Shown here: positions 36,321 through 44,916 of the stretch, in pieces
Numbering within the stretch: the stretch's first letter is position 1
Layout: every line of letters begins with the position of its first letter
IMG/VR virus record: IMGVR_UViG_3300045972_000112
Span: 3,227-67,226 of that record
Strand: one strand, 5' to 3'
Length of the DNA stretch: 64,000 nucleotides
Source: a virus
Notes under the pieces: generated by a model
Databases searched by the model: none
Told to the model about the DNA's origin: nothing
The model's input: the letters and a program-made list of their open reading frames with translations, nothing else
Program-made: the position numbers and the translations under genes

Positions 36321-37184
36321 ATGACTAAGCGACACAGTGGGCCGTCCCTCGCCCCGAAGACCCTGCTCGGCTTCCGCAAGAACGGGATGCCGATCTACAA
36401 CCTCGCTGGTGGGTCCGAGCCCGCCGTCGAGCCTGAGACCATCACGATCCCCGCCCCCCCTGCTCCGGCTGTGAACCCTGACAAGGTCTTCACCCCCGAG
36501 CAGGTTGCCGCCGCCATCGAGAAGGCGCGCAAGGAGGAGAAGGACAAGGTCTACAACCGCCTTGAGTCCCTTGAAGAGGGCTGGAAGAAGGCACAGTCCG
36601 ACCTCGAAGCCGCGCAGTCTGCCAAGCAGGCCGAGATCGACGCAGCCGCAGCGGCTGCACGCGAGGCAGCAGAGGCCGAGGCACGCAAGCGTTTCGAAGA
36701 GTCGGACGCCAAGACGCTCCTCGCTGAGGCCCAGAAGACCTGGGAGCAGAAGTTCTCAGAGATCGAGGCTGCACGCGAGGCAGAGAAGGCACTCTTCGCC
36801 AAGGAGCGTGAGTTCAACGAACTCGCTGACTTCACCCGCAGCAAGGTTCAGGCTGCGCTAGACAACAACGAAATCGCTCCGCAACTGGCCGCATTCGTCT
36901 CAGGTAACACTCCTGCCGAAGTCGAGGCTAGCCTGGAGTTTGTAAAGGCGAAGTCGGAGGAGATTGCTGAGGCAATCGTCTCGACTACGAAGCAGGCAAG
37001 GGCGCAGCAGCGCGGCGTTTCCTCATCGGGTTACGCGCCAGTTGGCCCCACGGACACCAACCCGGGCACGGTCACGTTCACACCTGACCAGTTGAAGAAC
37101 ATGTCGATGCAGGATTTCGCAAAGTACCGGGGCAGCCTCCTGGGAGCCGCAGGCACTCAGAACAACCGAGGTCTCTTCGGCTGA
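36321..37184 (+). CDS. scaffolding protein
   Basis: coiled coil between portal and capsid genes. Confidence 0.8.
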   Translation: MTKRHSGPSLAPKTLLGFRKNGMPIYNLAGGSEPAVEPETITIPAPPAPAVNPDKVFTPEQVAAAIEKARKEEKDKVYNRLESLEEGWKKAQSDLEAAQSAKQAEIDAAAAAAREAAEAEARKRFEESDAKTLLAEAQKTWEQKFSEIEAAREAEKALFAKEREFNELADFTRSKVQAALDNNEIAPQLAAFVSGNTPAEVEASLEFVKAKSEEIAEAIVSTTKQARAQQRGVSSSGYAPVGPTDTNPGTVTFTPDQLKNMSMQDFAKYRGSLLGAAGTQNNRGLFG

Positions 37185-37222
37185 CACACGTCAGTCCGAA
37201 CTACTAACGTAAGGGAACTTCC

Positions 37223-38260
37223 ATGGCTTCTGTAATCACAGGAACCCCGAACATCTCCGGTTCGCCTACCGGCTACGCGGGCGGCTCGTCTTCCCTCGGC
37301 TACGCGATCCAGACCATCTGGTCGAAGGAGATCCTGTTCCAGGCGATGCCGATCCTTCGCTTCGAGCAGTTCGCGGTCAAGAAGACGGAACTGGGTGTGC
37401 AGCCCGGTCTCCAGATCAACTTCATGCGGTACAACAACCTCGGTGCCGCGAGCACCCTCGTTGAAGGTGTCCGCCTGACGACCAACGCGCTGACCTCCAC
37501 TCAGTTCACCATCACGGTTGCTGAGCAGGGCTACGCCATCGCGGTCTCCGAACTGCTTCTGAACGCGTCCTTCGACGACGTCATGGCTTCGGGCTCGCGT
37601 CTCCTGGGCCGTAACATGGCGCAGTTCCTCGACACGCAGGCGCGTGACACGCTCTACGGTGCCACCTCTGTCCTCTACGGCTACTACCGTGACCCGGCTG
37701 CGGCCATCACGAGCCTGTCGCCGTACGACCAGGGTGCTGTCGCCTCCGCTCGTACCGGCCTTCTCGGCGCGCACAACCTGACCCCCGCTGTGGTCAAGGA
37801 CGCGGTCGAGACCCTGGCCACCAAGAACGTCCCGCGTCTGGGCGAGACCTACGTCGCGTTCGTTCATCCCCACCAGTCGCGCAAGTTGCGCGACAACCCG
37901 GAGTTCATCGAGGTCACGAAGTACGCGGCCCCCGGTAACTTCCTACTCGGAGAGATCGGTCGCCTCAACGACGTCGTCTTCATCGAGACGACTCAGGTGA
38001 AGCGCACGATCCTCGGTGCGGGTACGGGTTACACCTCCGACACCGCTGGTTCCGGTGGAACGCAGGGTAACGGTATCGCTGACCGTTACGACGCCCTGTT
38101 CATCGGTGACAACGCGTTCGGTCACGCGATCTCCCTCCCTGTCGAACTGCGCGACGGCGGTATCCTCGACTTCGGTCGTGAGCACGCCCTCGCCTGGTAC
38201 GCCATCTGGGGCCTCGGTCTGATCACGGACATCTCGGTCGTCCGCGCAGAGACCAACTGA
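37223..38260 (+). CDS. major capsid protein (N4 gp56-like)
   Basis: VHPHQ, GEIGRL, DFGREH; highly biased codons. Confidence 0.9.
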   Translation: MASVITGTPNISGSPTGYAGGSSSLGYAIQTIWSKEILFQAMPILRFEQFAVKKTELGVQPGLQINFMRYNNLGAASTLVEGVRLTTNALTSTQFTITVAEQGYAIAVSELLLNASFDDVMASGSRLLGRNMAQFLDTQARDTLYGATSVLYGYYRDPAAAITSLSPYDQGAVASARTGLLGAHNLTPAVVKDAVETLATKNVPRLGETYVAFVHPHQSRKLRDNPEFIEVTKYAAPGNFLLGEIGRLNDVVFIETTQVKRTILGAGTGYTSDTAGSGGTQGNGIADRYDALFIGDNAFGHAISLPVELRDGGILDFGREHALAWYAIWGLGLITDISVVRAETN

Positions 38261-38280
38261 CCTAGTCAGCAGCACGTCAG

Positions 38281-38318
38281 GAAGCGGGGTCGGGAGTTAC
38301 CTCCTGGCCCCGCTTCTT
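38281..38318 (+). terminator. terminator-like hairpin after the capsid gene
   Basis: GAAGCGGGGTCGGGAG-TTAC-CTCCTGGCCCCGCTTC. Confidence 0.7.
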
Positions 38319-38372
38319 CGCTAGCGTTCAGTGCAAGAACAGTCGAGTCACTAAGAAACCTCGGAGAATCCC

Positions 38373-38759
38373 ATGGCAGCACCGCGTAAGCGTCCCGGTG
38401 ACTTCACCGGACGCGAGACAGAGCGTCTTGAGACGCAGGTCAAGCAGGACAAGGCGGACCGTGAGGCGGAACTCAGCCTCATCACCGCTAAGAAGAAGCG
38501 CCGCCGTACCGGCGTAGTCGATCTCTCCCAGAGCACCATTCCGGTGTTCGAGGAAGAGGAGTACGACGAGGAAGAGGACGACGTCGAGTACGTCGAGAGC
38601 CCCGACGCGACACGCGTGATCACGATGGCCGCGACGCTGGAGCAGTTCACGTTCGGCGTAGGCAACACGTACGAACTCCTGGAAGAGGGACAGCAGTACC
38701 GCCTCCCCAAGGCAGTTGCTGATCACCTCCACCGCCAGGGTTACGTCTGGGGTCGTTGA
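38373..38759 (+). CDS. hypothetical virion-associated protein
   Basis: GGAG RBS; position. Confidence 0.7.
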   Translation: MAAPRKRPGDFTGRETERLETQVKQDKADREAELSLITAKKKRRRTGVVDLSQSTIPVFEEEEYDEEEDDVEYVESPDATRVITMAATLEQFTFGVGNTYELLEEGQQYRLPKAVADHLHRQGYVWGR

Positions 38760-38779
38760 CCCCGAAGGGAGCACCACCA

Positions 38780-39061
38780 GTGTCCGATCCGACCGTGGGA
38801 TCCCAGTTCACACTCACCCTTCCGGGAGGGCTAGGCCGCGACGTCTACGCCCTCCCCGAGGGTCTGACGGTTACCGTCGAAGAGGTAGTGGAGCCACTCA
38901 CATCCGGCGTAGCCGTCGTGAACGAGCCGACCGTGCTGGTCTCCTACTCGCACCCCGCGTGCAGCCTGAACGATCTCGGTGATCTAGTTCCCACCGATAT
39001 CACGCGGCACACTGCCTTCGCGCTGTCCGAGTTCAACAACCTCTTCACAGCGGTGGCATGA
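38780..39061 (+). CDS. hypothetical protein
   Basis: GGAG RBS, GTG start. Confidence 0.65.
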   Translation: MSDPTVGSQFTLTLPGGLGRDVYALPEGLTVTVEEVVEPLTSGVAVVNEPTVLVSYSHPACSLNDLGDLVPTDITRHTAFALSEFNNLFTAVA

Positions 39062-39513
39062 TGTCTGGATTCCTGAGCACCTATTCCGTCCAGATCGGCC
39101 TGGAGTTCATGTACGGCAAGGCGATTGCCTACACGTCAACGTCCAACCGCTACGTGATGCTCCTGACGGCTGCCCCCGCGAGCCACAACAGCCCGCTAAG
39201 TTCTCTGACTGAACTATCAGCGCCGGGATACGCACGCCAGGCAGTGACTCCTTCGGGATGGACGACGACCGTTCCTACTGCGGACTTCACTCAGCCGACG
39301 TACGAAAGCAACGCGGGAACCCTCGTCTATGGCCCCTTCACAGCGACAACGGGATCTGGGTCCGCCCCGGCCACCTGGGCCGCAGTAGTCGATGTCCTGA
39401 CGGGCACGAGCGGGCACGTCTACGGCTTCTACCTTCTCGACGTACCGGCTACTGCCGCGCAGAGCGAGACGCTTGCCTTCGCCCCCAACACCCTAGTCAT
39501 GGGGCTGGTCTGA
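39058..39513 (+). CDS. putative virion structural protein
   Basis: ELSAPGYARQAVT motif. Confidence 0.65.
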   Translation: MMSGFLSTYSVQIGLEFMYGKAIAYTSTSNRYVMLLTAAPASHNSPLSSLTELSAPGYARQAVTPSGWTTTVPTADFTQPTYESNAGTLVYGPFTATTGSGSAPATWAAVVDVLTGTSGHVYGFYLLDVPATAAQSETLAFAPNTLVMGLV

Positions 39514-39516
39514 CGG

Positions 39517-40320
39517 ATGGCCACGACGCAGGGACTGATCGACCGTGTTCGACTAGAACTCGGTGATACAGGCAACCCTGTGCGCGACTCCTTCCTCTCG
39601 GACGGGGTGCAGGTCGAGTACTTCCTCTCCGCGCAGAACGTCCGGGGATCCTCGCTGGTGGTGAACCTTGTCGGCAATGGAGTGTCTACTCCCACGATAT
39701 CTTTCACGCTCGACGAGGCGCTGGGTCTTCTCACCCTCGATACCACGCCGACGGAGGAACTGACGGTCCAGGTTTCGGGGACGACCTACGGGATGTTCTC
39801 CGACGCAGAGTTGGCGCAGTACGTCAATGACGCCTTCATCCAGCACACCGAGGGACGCCACATCCAGACGAGGTACCGCACGTCTGACGGCTTCATCCGG
39901 TACAACGATGACCCCATGACGGTCGCCACCCTCCCGGAGATCGAAGAGAAGTTGGTGGCGATGCTGGCCACCATCGAGTGCCTTTGGACGCTGTCCACAG
40001 ATACATCCACAGACGTGGACATCCAGACCGCCGAGGGAACCTTCGTACCCCGGTCTCAGCGCTTCATCCAGATCCGCCAGCAGATCGAGAGCATGACGGA
40101 GTACTACACCCGTCTGTGCCAGCAGTTGAACGTCGGCCTCTTCCGCATCGAGGTCAGCACCCTGCGCCGCGTCAGCAAGACGACCGGTCGCCTGGTGCCC
40201 GTCTTCCGTCCTCGCGAGTACGACGACTACGCACTGCCGCAGCGAATCCTGCCGGAGATCGACGAGCGCGGCGAGGATGAGTCGGGAATCCCGAGCCCTG
40301 CCTACGGGATGTACTGGTGA
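39517..40320 (+). CDS. head-to-tail adaptor-like protein
   Basis: DRVRLELGD...FSDAEL; position. Confidence 0.7.
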   Translation: MATTQGLIDRVRLELGDTGNPVRDSFLSDGVQVEYFLSAQNVRGSSLVVNLVGNGVSTPTISFTLDEALGLLTLDTTPTEELTVQVSGTTYGMFSDAELAQYVNDAFIQHTEGRHIQTRYRTSDGFIRYNDDPMTVATLPEIEEKLVAMLATIECLWTLSTDTSTDVDIQTAEGTFVPRSQRFIQIRQQIESMTEYYTRLCQQLNVGLFRIEVSTLRRVSKTTGRLVPVFRPREYDDYALPQRILPEIDERGEDESGIPSPAYGMYW

Positions 40321-40832
40321 GCGGGAACCGTCTCGACTACAAGATCGGTCGCTTCACCCGCGACTACGAGACCACAGATATCAAGGACGGACTGCACGGC
40401 TGGGAGTACACGACCGGCGACTTCATCGACTGGTACCGCTTCGAGTCCGACAGCGCCGAGGTGGATGACGTCTACGACGAGGGAACCGGGATCGGGAAGA
40501 TCTACCGTGGTCCTATCCGAGTACCTGTGATCCGGCTGGTCCACAGTGAAGGCTCGAAGGACGACAGCGACGTCGGTCGCTACTACAACGACGACTTCAC
40601 GGCCACCCTCCAGGTACGCGCGCTTGAGCGGCTGGGTTTCGACGGCGTGGACATCAATACCTTCGCGTTCGCCGCAGATCGTGTGGCCTACGACCAGAAG
40701 TTGTTCCGGGTCATGGACCTCCGCGTCATGGGTCAGATGAACCACCGAGACATCATCGTGGCCCTCACGGCCACCCAGTTGCGCCCGGACGAGATCGTCA
40801 ACGACCCGCAGTTCATGCAGTTCACTCTCTGA
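40317..40832 (+). CDS. head closure/neck protein
   Basis: position; coupling. Confidence 0.55.
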   Translation: MSGNRLDYKIGRFTRDYETTDIKDGLHGWEYTTGDFIDWYRFESDSAEVDDVYDEGTGIGKIYRGPIRVPVIRLVHSEGSKDDSDVGRYYNDDFTATLQVRALERLGFDGVDINTFAFAADRVAYDQKLFRVMDLRVMGQMNHRDIIVALTATQLRPDEIVNDPQFMQFTL

Positions 40833-40899
40833 GTCGATTCCCTGTCATCCTGGTAAGGCGAAAGACAACTGCCCATACTGGATAGACAAGCGAGGCGAC

Positions 40900-41070
40900 A
40901 TGCCTACTTCTACGCGTGCCCAGGCACCCGTTGACCTTGTTGCGATCCAGTCGTTCATCCAGGGCATTCAGGCGGGCCAGGCCAGGCAGAAGAACGACGG
41001 TCTCAAGACCCTGATGGTCGGTCTCGGTGCGGGTGCAGCCGCCACAATCATCAGCCAGCGACGTCGCTGA
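40900..41070 (+). CDS. 56-aa protein with hydrophobic C-terminus (not in ORF track)
   Basis: GAGG RBS; TGATG coupling. Confidence 0.55.
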   Translation: MPTSTRAQAPVDLVAIQSFIQGIQAGQARQKNDGLKTLMVGLGAGAAATIISQRRR

Positions 41071-41687
41071 TGTCCTACATCATCAACGAGGACCGGGCCC
41101 TCAAGAAGAAGTTGTCCGGCATCGTCGTGCAGGACGCCAACGCGTATGTCCCGGGCCGACCGATCAAGGTTCGCTACCGGCTCCCCGAGAACGAGATCGC
41201 GGAGATGGTCTTCCCGAGCATCATCATCGAGCACGCGGGGATCACCAAGGAATCGGACCGCGAGCATCGTGGCTTCATCCAGATTCCTTATGCACCCGAG
41301 GGCTATCCCCTATGGGACGGGGACCAGGCAGACATCTCCCTGTCCCCTTACTGGAGCGACTTCCCGATCCCTGTGGGGCTCGACTACCAGATCACGGTAT
41401 ACGCCAGGAAGTTCTCCCACGTCGAGCAGATCATGTCGACGCTGGTCACCTTTGACTACCTACCCTTCCGATTCGGTTACCTGGCGATTCCGGAAGACGG
41501 AACAGTTCGACGTCTCGACGTCCTGGGAAGCACCGACATCCAGTCGGACAAGGACCAGGAAGGGAAGCGCATCTTCCGTATCGTCTATTCTGTAAGGGTC
41601 TCCTCGGAACTTCTGATGTCTCAGATCCAGACGTTCCACGAGGCGCTGACGGTGGACGTGAATCTCGACCTAACGTCGTGGTCGTAA
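41070..41687 (+). CDS. tail terminator/neck protein
   Basis: immediately upstream of sheath; FPSI, LDYQITVY. Confidence 0.6.
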   Translation: MSYIINEDRALKKKLSGIVVQDANAYVPGRPIKVRYRLPENEIAEMVFPSIIIEHAGITKESDREHRGFIQIPYAPEGYPLWDGDQADISLSPYWSDFPIPVGLDYQITVYARKFSHVEQIMSTLVTFDYLPFRFGYLAIPEDGTVRRLDVLGSTDIQSDKDQEGKRIFRIVYSVRVSSELLMSQIQTFHEALTVDVNLDLTSWS

Positions 41688-41721
41688 TGCCGCAGTTCAC
41701 AACCAAGTTCTAGGAGATCGC

Positions 41722-43266
41722 ATGGCTTACAAGCGTCCGGGTGTCTTCGTGCAGGAGAGCCTGACCCCGTTCAGTTCTGCGCCTGATGTTGCTGGTGAGG
41801 CGGTTGCGGCGTTCGTTGGTACCCACAACCAGGGTCCCACCACGCCCACTCTCATCACTTCGTGGGCCCAGTGGCTCGCGATCTTCGGTGCATACGGCAA
41901 CGGCTTCGGTAGCGGTACCGACTACCTGCCGTTCGCGGTGTACCAGTACTTCAACAACGGAGGCCACCAGGCCTACGTCGTACGCACGGTACCGTCCGAC
42001 GCGGTAGCCGCGAGCGTAACCATCAAGGACCGCGCGGGTACTCCGGTCAACCTGTTCAAGGTCGCGGCCAACTGGGCGGGGGCTGCCTCCAACCAGATCT
42101 TCGTGGACATCACGGACACCGGCACGACGGGCCGCTTCAACCTCACCCTCCACTTCGGCGGTGCTGGGGACGCGTACATCGTCGAGCGCTTCGTCGACCT
42201 GTCGCTGAACCCGACCGACTCCCGCTACGCGCCGGGAATCATCAACTCCCCAGTGACTGGATCCAACTACGTGACCGTCACGTCGCTGCTGTCCGCTACA
42301 TGGACAGCCATCAATGGAACCCCTGCGCTGTCCGCTGGGGTGGCCCTCACGAGCGGTGCCGACGGTGCTGCGGCGGTAGACTACGTGGCTGCTGCCAGGA
42401 CGCTGGAGTCTGTCACAGGGATCATCAACCTGAACCTCCCTGGCGTCACCGACCAGGCCACGATCAACAGCGTCATCACCTGGTTGACTGCGCTTCCGGC
42501 GCTCAACGTCTTCCTGGTGATCGACACTCCTGCCGCAAGTTCCACGGAGTCCGCGTCAGTGACCGCCTACCAGGCCTTCGGATCCGGTGGCTCTACCTCC
42601 TACACCGCGACCTCCTACGCAGCGGTGTACGGACCATGGCTCCTTGTGGACGACCCGCAGTCGACAACCCCGGGCGCGATCCGCAAGTTGCCTGCCGGTG
42701 GCGCGGTGCTGGGTCGCTACGCCTACACCGACTCCTCTCGTGGTGTGCAGAAGTCTCCGGCTGGTCTGGCCACAGGCGCGCTCGCGGGTGTGCTCGGGGT
42801 CGACCAGACCTTCACGCTCGCGAACCAGGACATTCTGGCTGTCGCGAACGTCAACCTGATCAAGCCGGTTCCTGGATCTGGTTACACGATCTGGGGTGAC
42901 CGTACCCTCAAGAACGGAACGGCTGACGCCTACGTTCCGGTGCGCCGCACGCTCCAGTACATCGAGAAGACGCTTCGCGACCTGACCCGCTTCGCGGTAT
43001 TCGAGCCCAACTCAGACACGCTTTGGGGTCAGATCGAGGCCGGGGTATCGCAGTTCCTCCAGGCACAGTGGCAGATCGGAATGCTCGCGGGAGCCTCCCT
43101 GGAGCAGGCCTTCTTCGTCATCTGCGACTCCTCGAACAACACCCCGAGCACCGTGGCTGCTGGCCAGGTCAACGTCCAGGTTGGTGTGGCTCTCCTGAGC
43201 CCTGCCGAGTTCATCGTCATCAACATCGGCCAGTACGACGGCGGATCTACCGCCAGTGAGTCCTGA
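41722..43266 (+). CDS. tail sheath protein
   Basis: RPGVFVQE, KSPAG, IWGDRTL, YVPVRR, FEPN, PAEFIVI. Confidence 0.95.
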   Translation: MAYKRPGVFVQESLTPFSSAPDVAGEAVAAFVGTHNQGPTTPTLITSWAQWLAIFGAYGNGFGSGTDYLPFAVYQYFNNGGHQAYVVRTVPSDAVAASVTIKDRAGTPVNLFKVAANWAGAASNQIFVDITDTGTTGRFNLTLHFGGAGDAYIVERFVDLSLNPTDSRYAPGIINSPVTGSNYVTVTSLLSATWTAINGTPALSAGVALTSGADGAAAVDYVAAARTLESVTGIINLNLPGVTDQATINSVITWLTALPALNVFLVIDTPAASSTESASVTAYQAFGSGGSTSYTATSYAAVYGPWLLVDDPQSTTPGAIRKLPAGGAVLGRYAYTDSSRGVQKSPAGLATGALAGVLGVDQTFTLANQDILAVANVNLIKPVPGSGYTIWGDRTLKNGTADAYVPVRRTLQYIEKTLRDLTRFAVFEPNSDTLWGQIEAGVSQFLQAQWQIGMLAGASLEQAFFVICDSSNNTPSTVAAGQVNVQVGVALLSPAEFIVINIGQYDGGSTASES

Positions 43267-43280
43267 GAGGACCTGACTAC

Positions 43281-43838
43281 ATGGGTACCACGACAGTCAC
43301 GCAGAAGGCCTCTATCGGGCATATCGCTACTGACCCGCTGAGGAACTTCAAGTTCATCGTGCGGATCAACCACAACTCCAAGTTGGCCGTGCTTGGCTTC
43401 ATGTCAGTGTCTGGATTCAACATCAGCACTGAGGTGATCCCTTACCGCCAGGGTGGCTACAACACGACGACGCAGAAGATGCCGGGTCAGTCCGACTTCG
43501 CACCGATCACGATGGCCAACGGTCTCGCTGTCGGCAACGACGCACAGTTCGCGTGGATGAAGGAACTCTTCACCGTGCAGCAGGGCTCCGGCGCTGGCGC
43601 ACCTGGCCACGACTTCCGCTCGACGGTAGACGTCTTCGTCCTCGATCATCCGGTGACCACTCCTGTGGTCCCCGTGAAGGCTGCCTTCCGTGTCTACAAC
43701 GCATGGCCCACCTCGGTCGCGTTCTCTGACCTGGATGCTGGAGCCAACGCGATCATCGTGCAGCAGTTGACGCTGGCGCACGAGGGCTTCGACTTCAAGG
43801 TCGCCGCGAAGGTCGGGACGTCAGGCGTCACCTTCTAA
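43281..43838 (+). CDS. tail tube protein (T4 gp19-like)
   Basis: DPLRNFKF, YRQGG, KMPG, NAWP, LAHEG. Confidence 0.93.
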   Translation: MGTTTVTQKASIGHIATDPLRNFKFIVRINHNSKLAVLGFMSVSGFNISTEVIPYRQGGYNTTTQKMPGQSDFAPITMANGLAVGNDAQFAWMKELFTVQQGSGAGAPGHDFRSTVDVFVLDHPVTTPVVPVKAAFRVYNAWPTSVAFSDLDAGANAIIVQQLTLAHEGFDFKVAAKVGTSGVTF

Positions 43839-43892
43839 GCACTTCCCGATAGACTTCACCCGGACACAACTCGTGACAACAGAAGGATCCCA

Positions 43893-44759
43893 ATGACCTC
43901 GGCATACGACCATCTCAACTTCGACGACGTTGAGGCTCCAGTCCTCAAGGCAGTCGAGGGTGACGCCGCTACGATCAACGCCTCGATCCAGGCTGTCCTT
44001 GGTGACGTGGGGGAGCGTCCTGTAGTCGACTTCCCCTCGGACACCGAGGTTCTGCTGCCCGGTGGGCTTCTCCGTGACGGAGTGACCTTCCGCGAGGCCG
44101 AGGTTCGGGAACTTACTGGTGAGGACGAAGAGGCGCTGTCACGCGCGCAGGGGAACAACCTCCGCTTCGTCGGGACACTGCTGCGTCAGGGTGTCGTCTC
44201 CATCGGCGGCGACCGGGTGACCAACGAGGTCCTCAAGGAACTCCTGATCGGTGACCGCGACGCCCTCGTCCTGGGGATCCGTCGCGCCACGTTCGGGAAC
44301 GACCTGGACTTCAAGGACCTGATCTGCCCAGGCTGCAACGCGAAGTTGGACGTCACCGTTCATCTCGACGAGGTTCCGATCCGCAAGTTGGATAACCCGC
44401 TGATCCGAGAGTTCACCGTGGAACTGTCGCGTGGTGCTAGCGCAGTGGTTCGCCTGCCGAACGGTGGGGACCAGGAAGCCATCTTCGCGGACCCGGAACT
44501 GACATCGGCAGAGCAGAACACGATCCTGCTGTCCCGCGTCGTGCAGACGATCACCGACCGAACCGGTCGCGAGACCAAGGTACGCAACAACCCGCTGCCG
44601 GTTCGCTCGCTGGGAGTCGCGGATCGCAAGAGGATCCTGACCTTCCTTGACGAACACGTACCCGGGCCCGCCTACAATGAAGTTACCTTCAAGCACGAGG
44701 AGTGCGGGAAGGAGACGCCGCTGTCTTTGACAGTAGGCGATCTGTTTCTCGATCTCTAG
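43893..44759 (+). CDS. tail assembly chaperone / baseplate hub assembly protein
   Basis: RELTGEDEE, GDRD, CPGC; between tube and tape measure. Confidence 0.8.
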   Translation: MTSAYDHLNFDDVEAPVLKAVEGDAATINASIQAVLGDVGERPVVDFPSDTEVLLPGGLLRDGVTFREAEVRELTGEDEEALSRAQGNNLRFVGTLLRQGVVSIGGDRVTNEVLKELLIGDRDALVLGIRRATFGNDLDFKDLICPGCNAKLDVTVHLDEVPIRKLDNPLIREFTVELSRGASAVVRLPNGGDQEAIFADPELTSAEQNTILLSRVVQTITDRTGRETKVRNNPLPVRSLGVADRKRILTFLDEHVPGPAYNEVTFKHEECGKETPLSLTVGDLFLDL

Positions 44760-44916
44760 GTACGACCACCTGTACTCCGATTACGAAGCACTTTCTGAGG
44801 CGCATCCCGGCTGGAGCCTACGTGACATTCGCCGGTTGTCAGTACGTGAACGACGGCACTGGGTTGCCCTGTTCGAACACGCACTCGCTCTAGCACGGAA
44901 GCGCATCAATGGCTAA
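44746..44916 (+). CDS. +1-frame extension of the tail chaperone
   Basis: start-less frame FSISRYDHLYSDYEALSEAHPGWSLRDIRRLSVRERRHW. Confidence 0.65.
   Translation, partial: FSISRYDHLYSDYEALSEAHPGWSLRDIRRLSVRERRHWVALFEHALALARKRING

Noticed and set aside
22945-43860. Phage-specific late promoter motif (A/G)GAC(A/T) seen at 22950, 23874, 40863 and 43851
   Set aside because: Too short and variable to separate from chance by eye; needs motif statistics.
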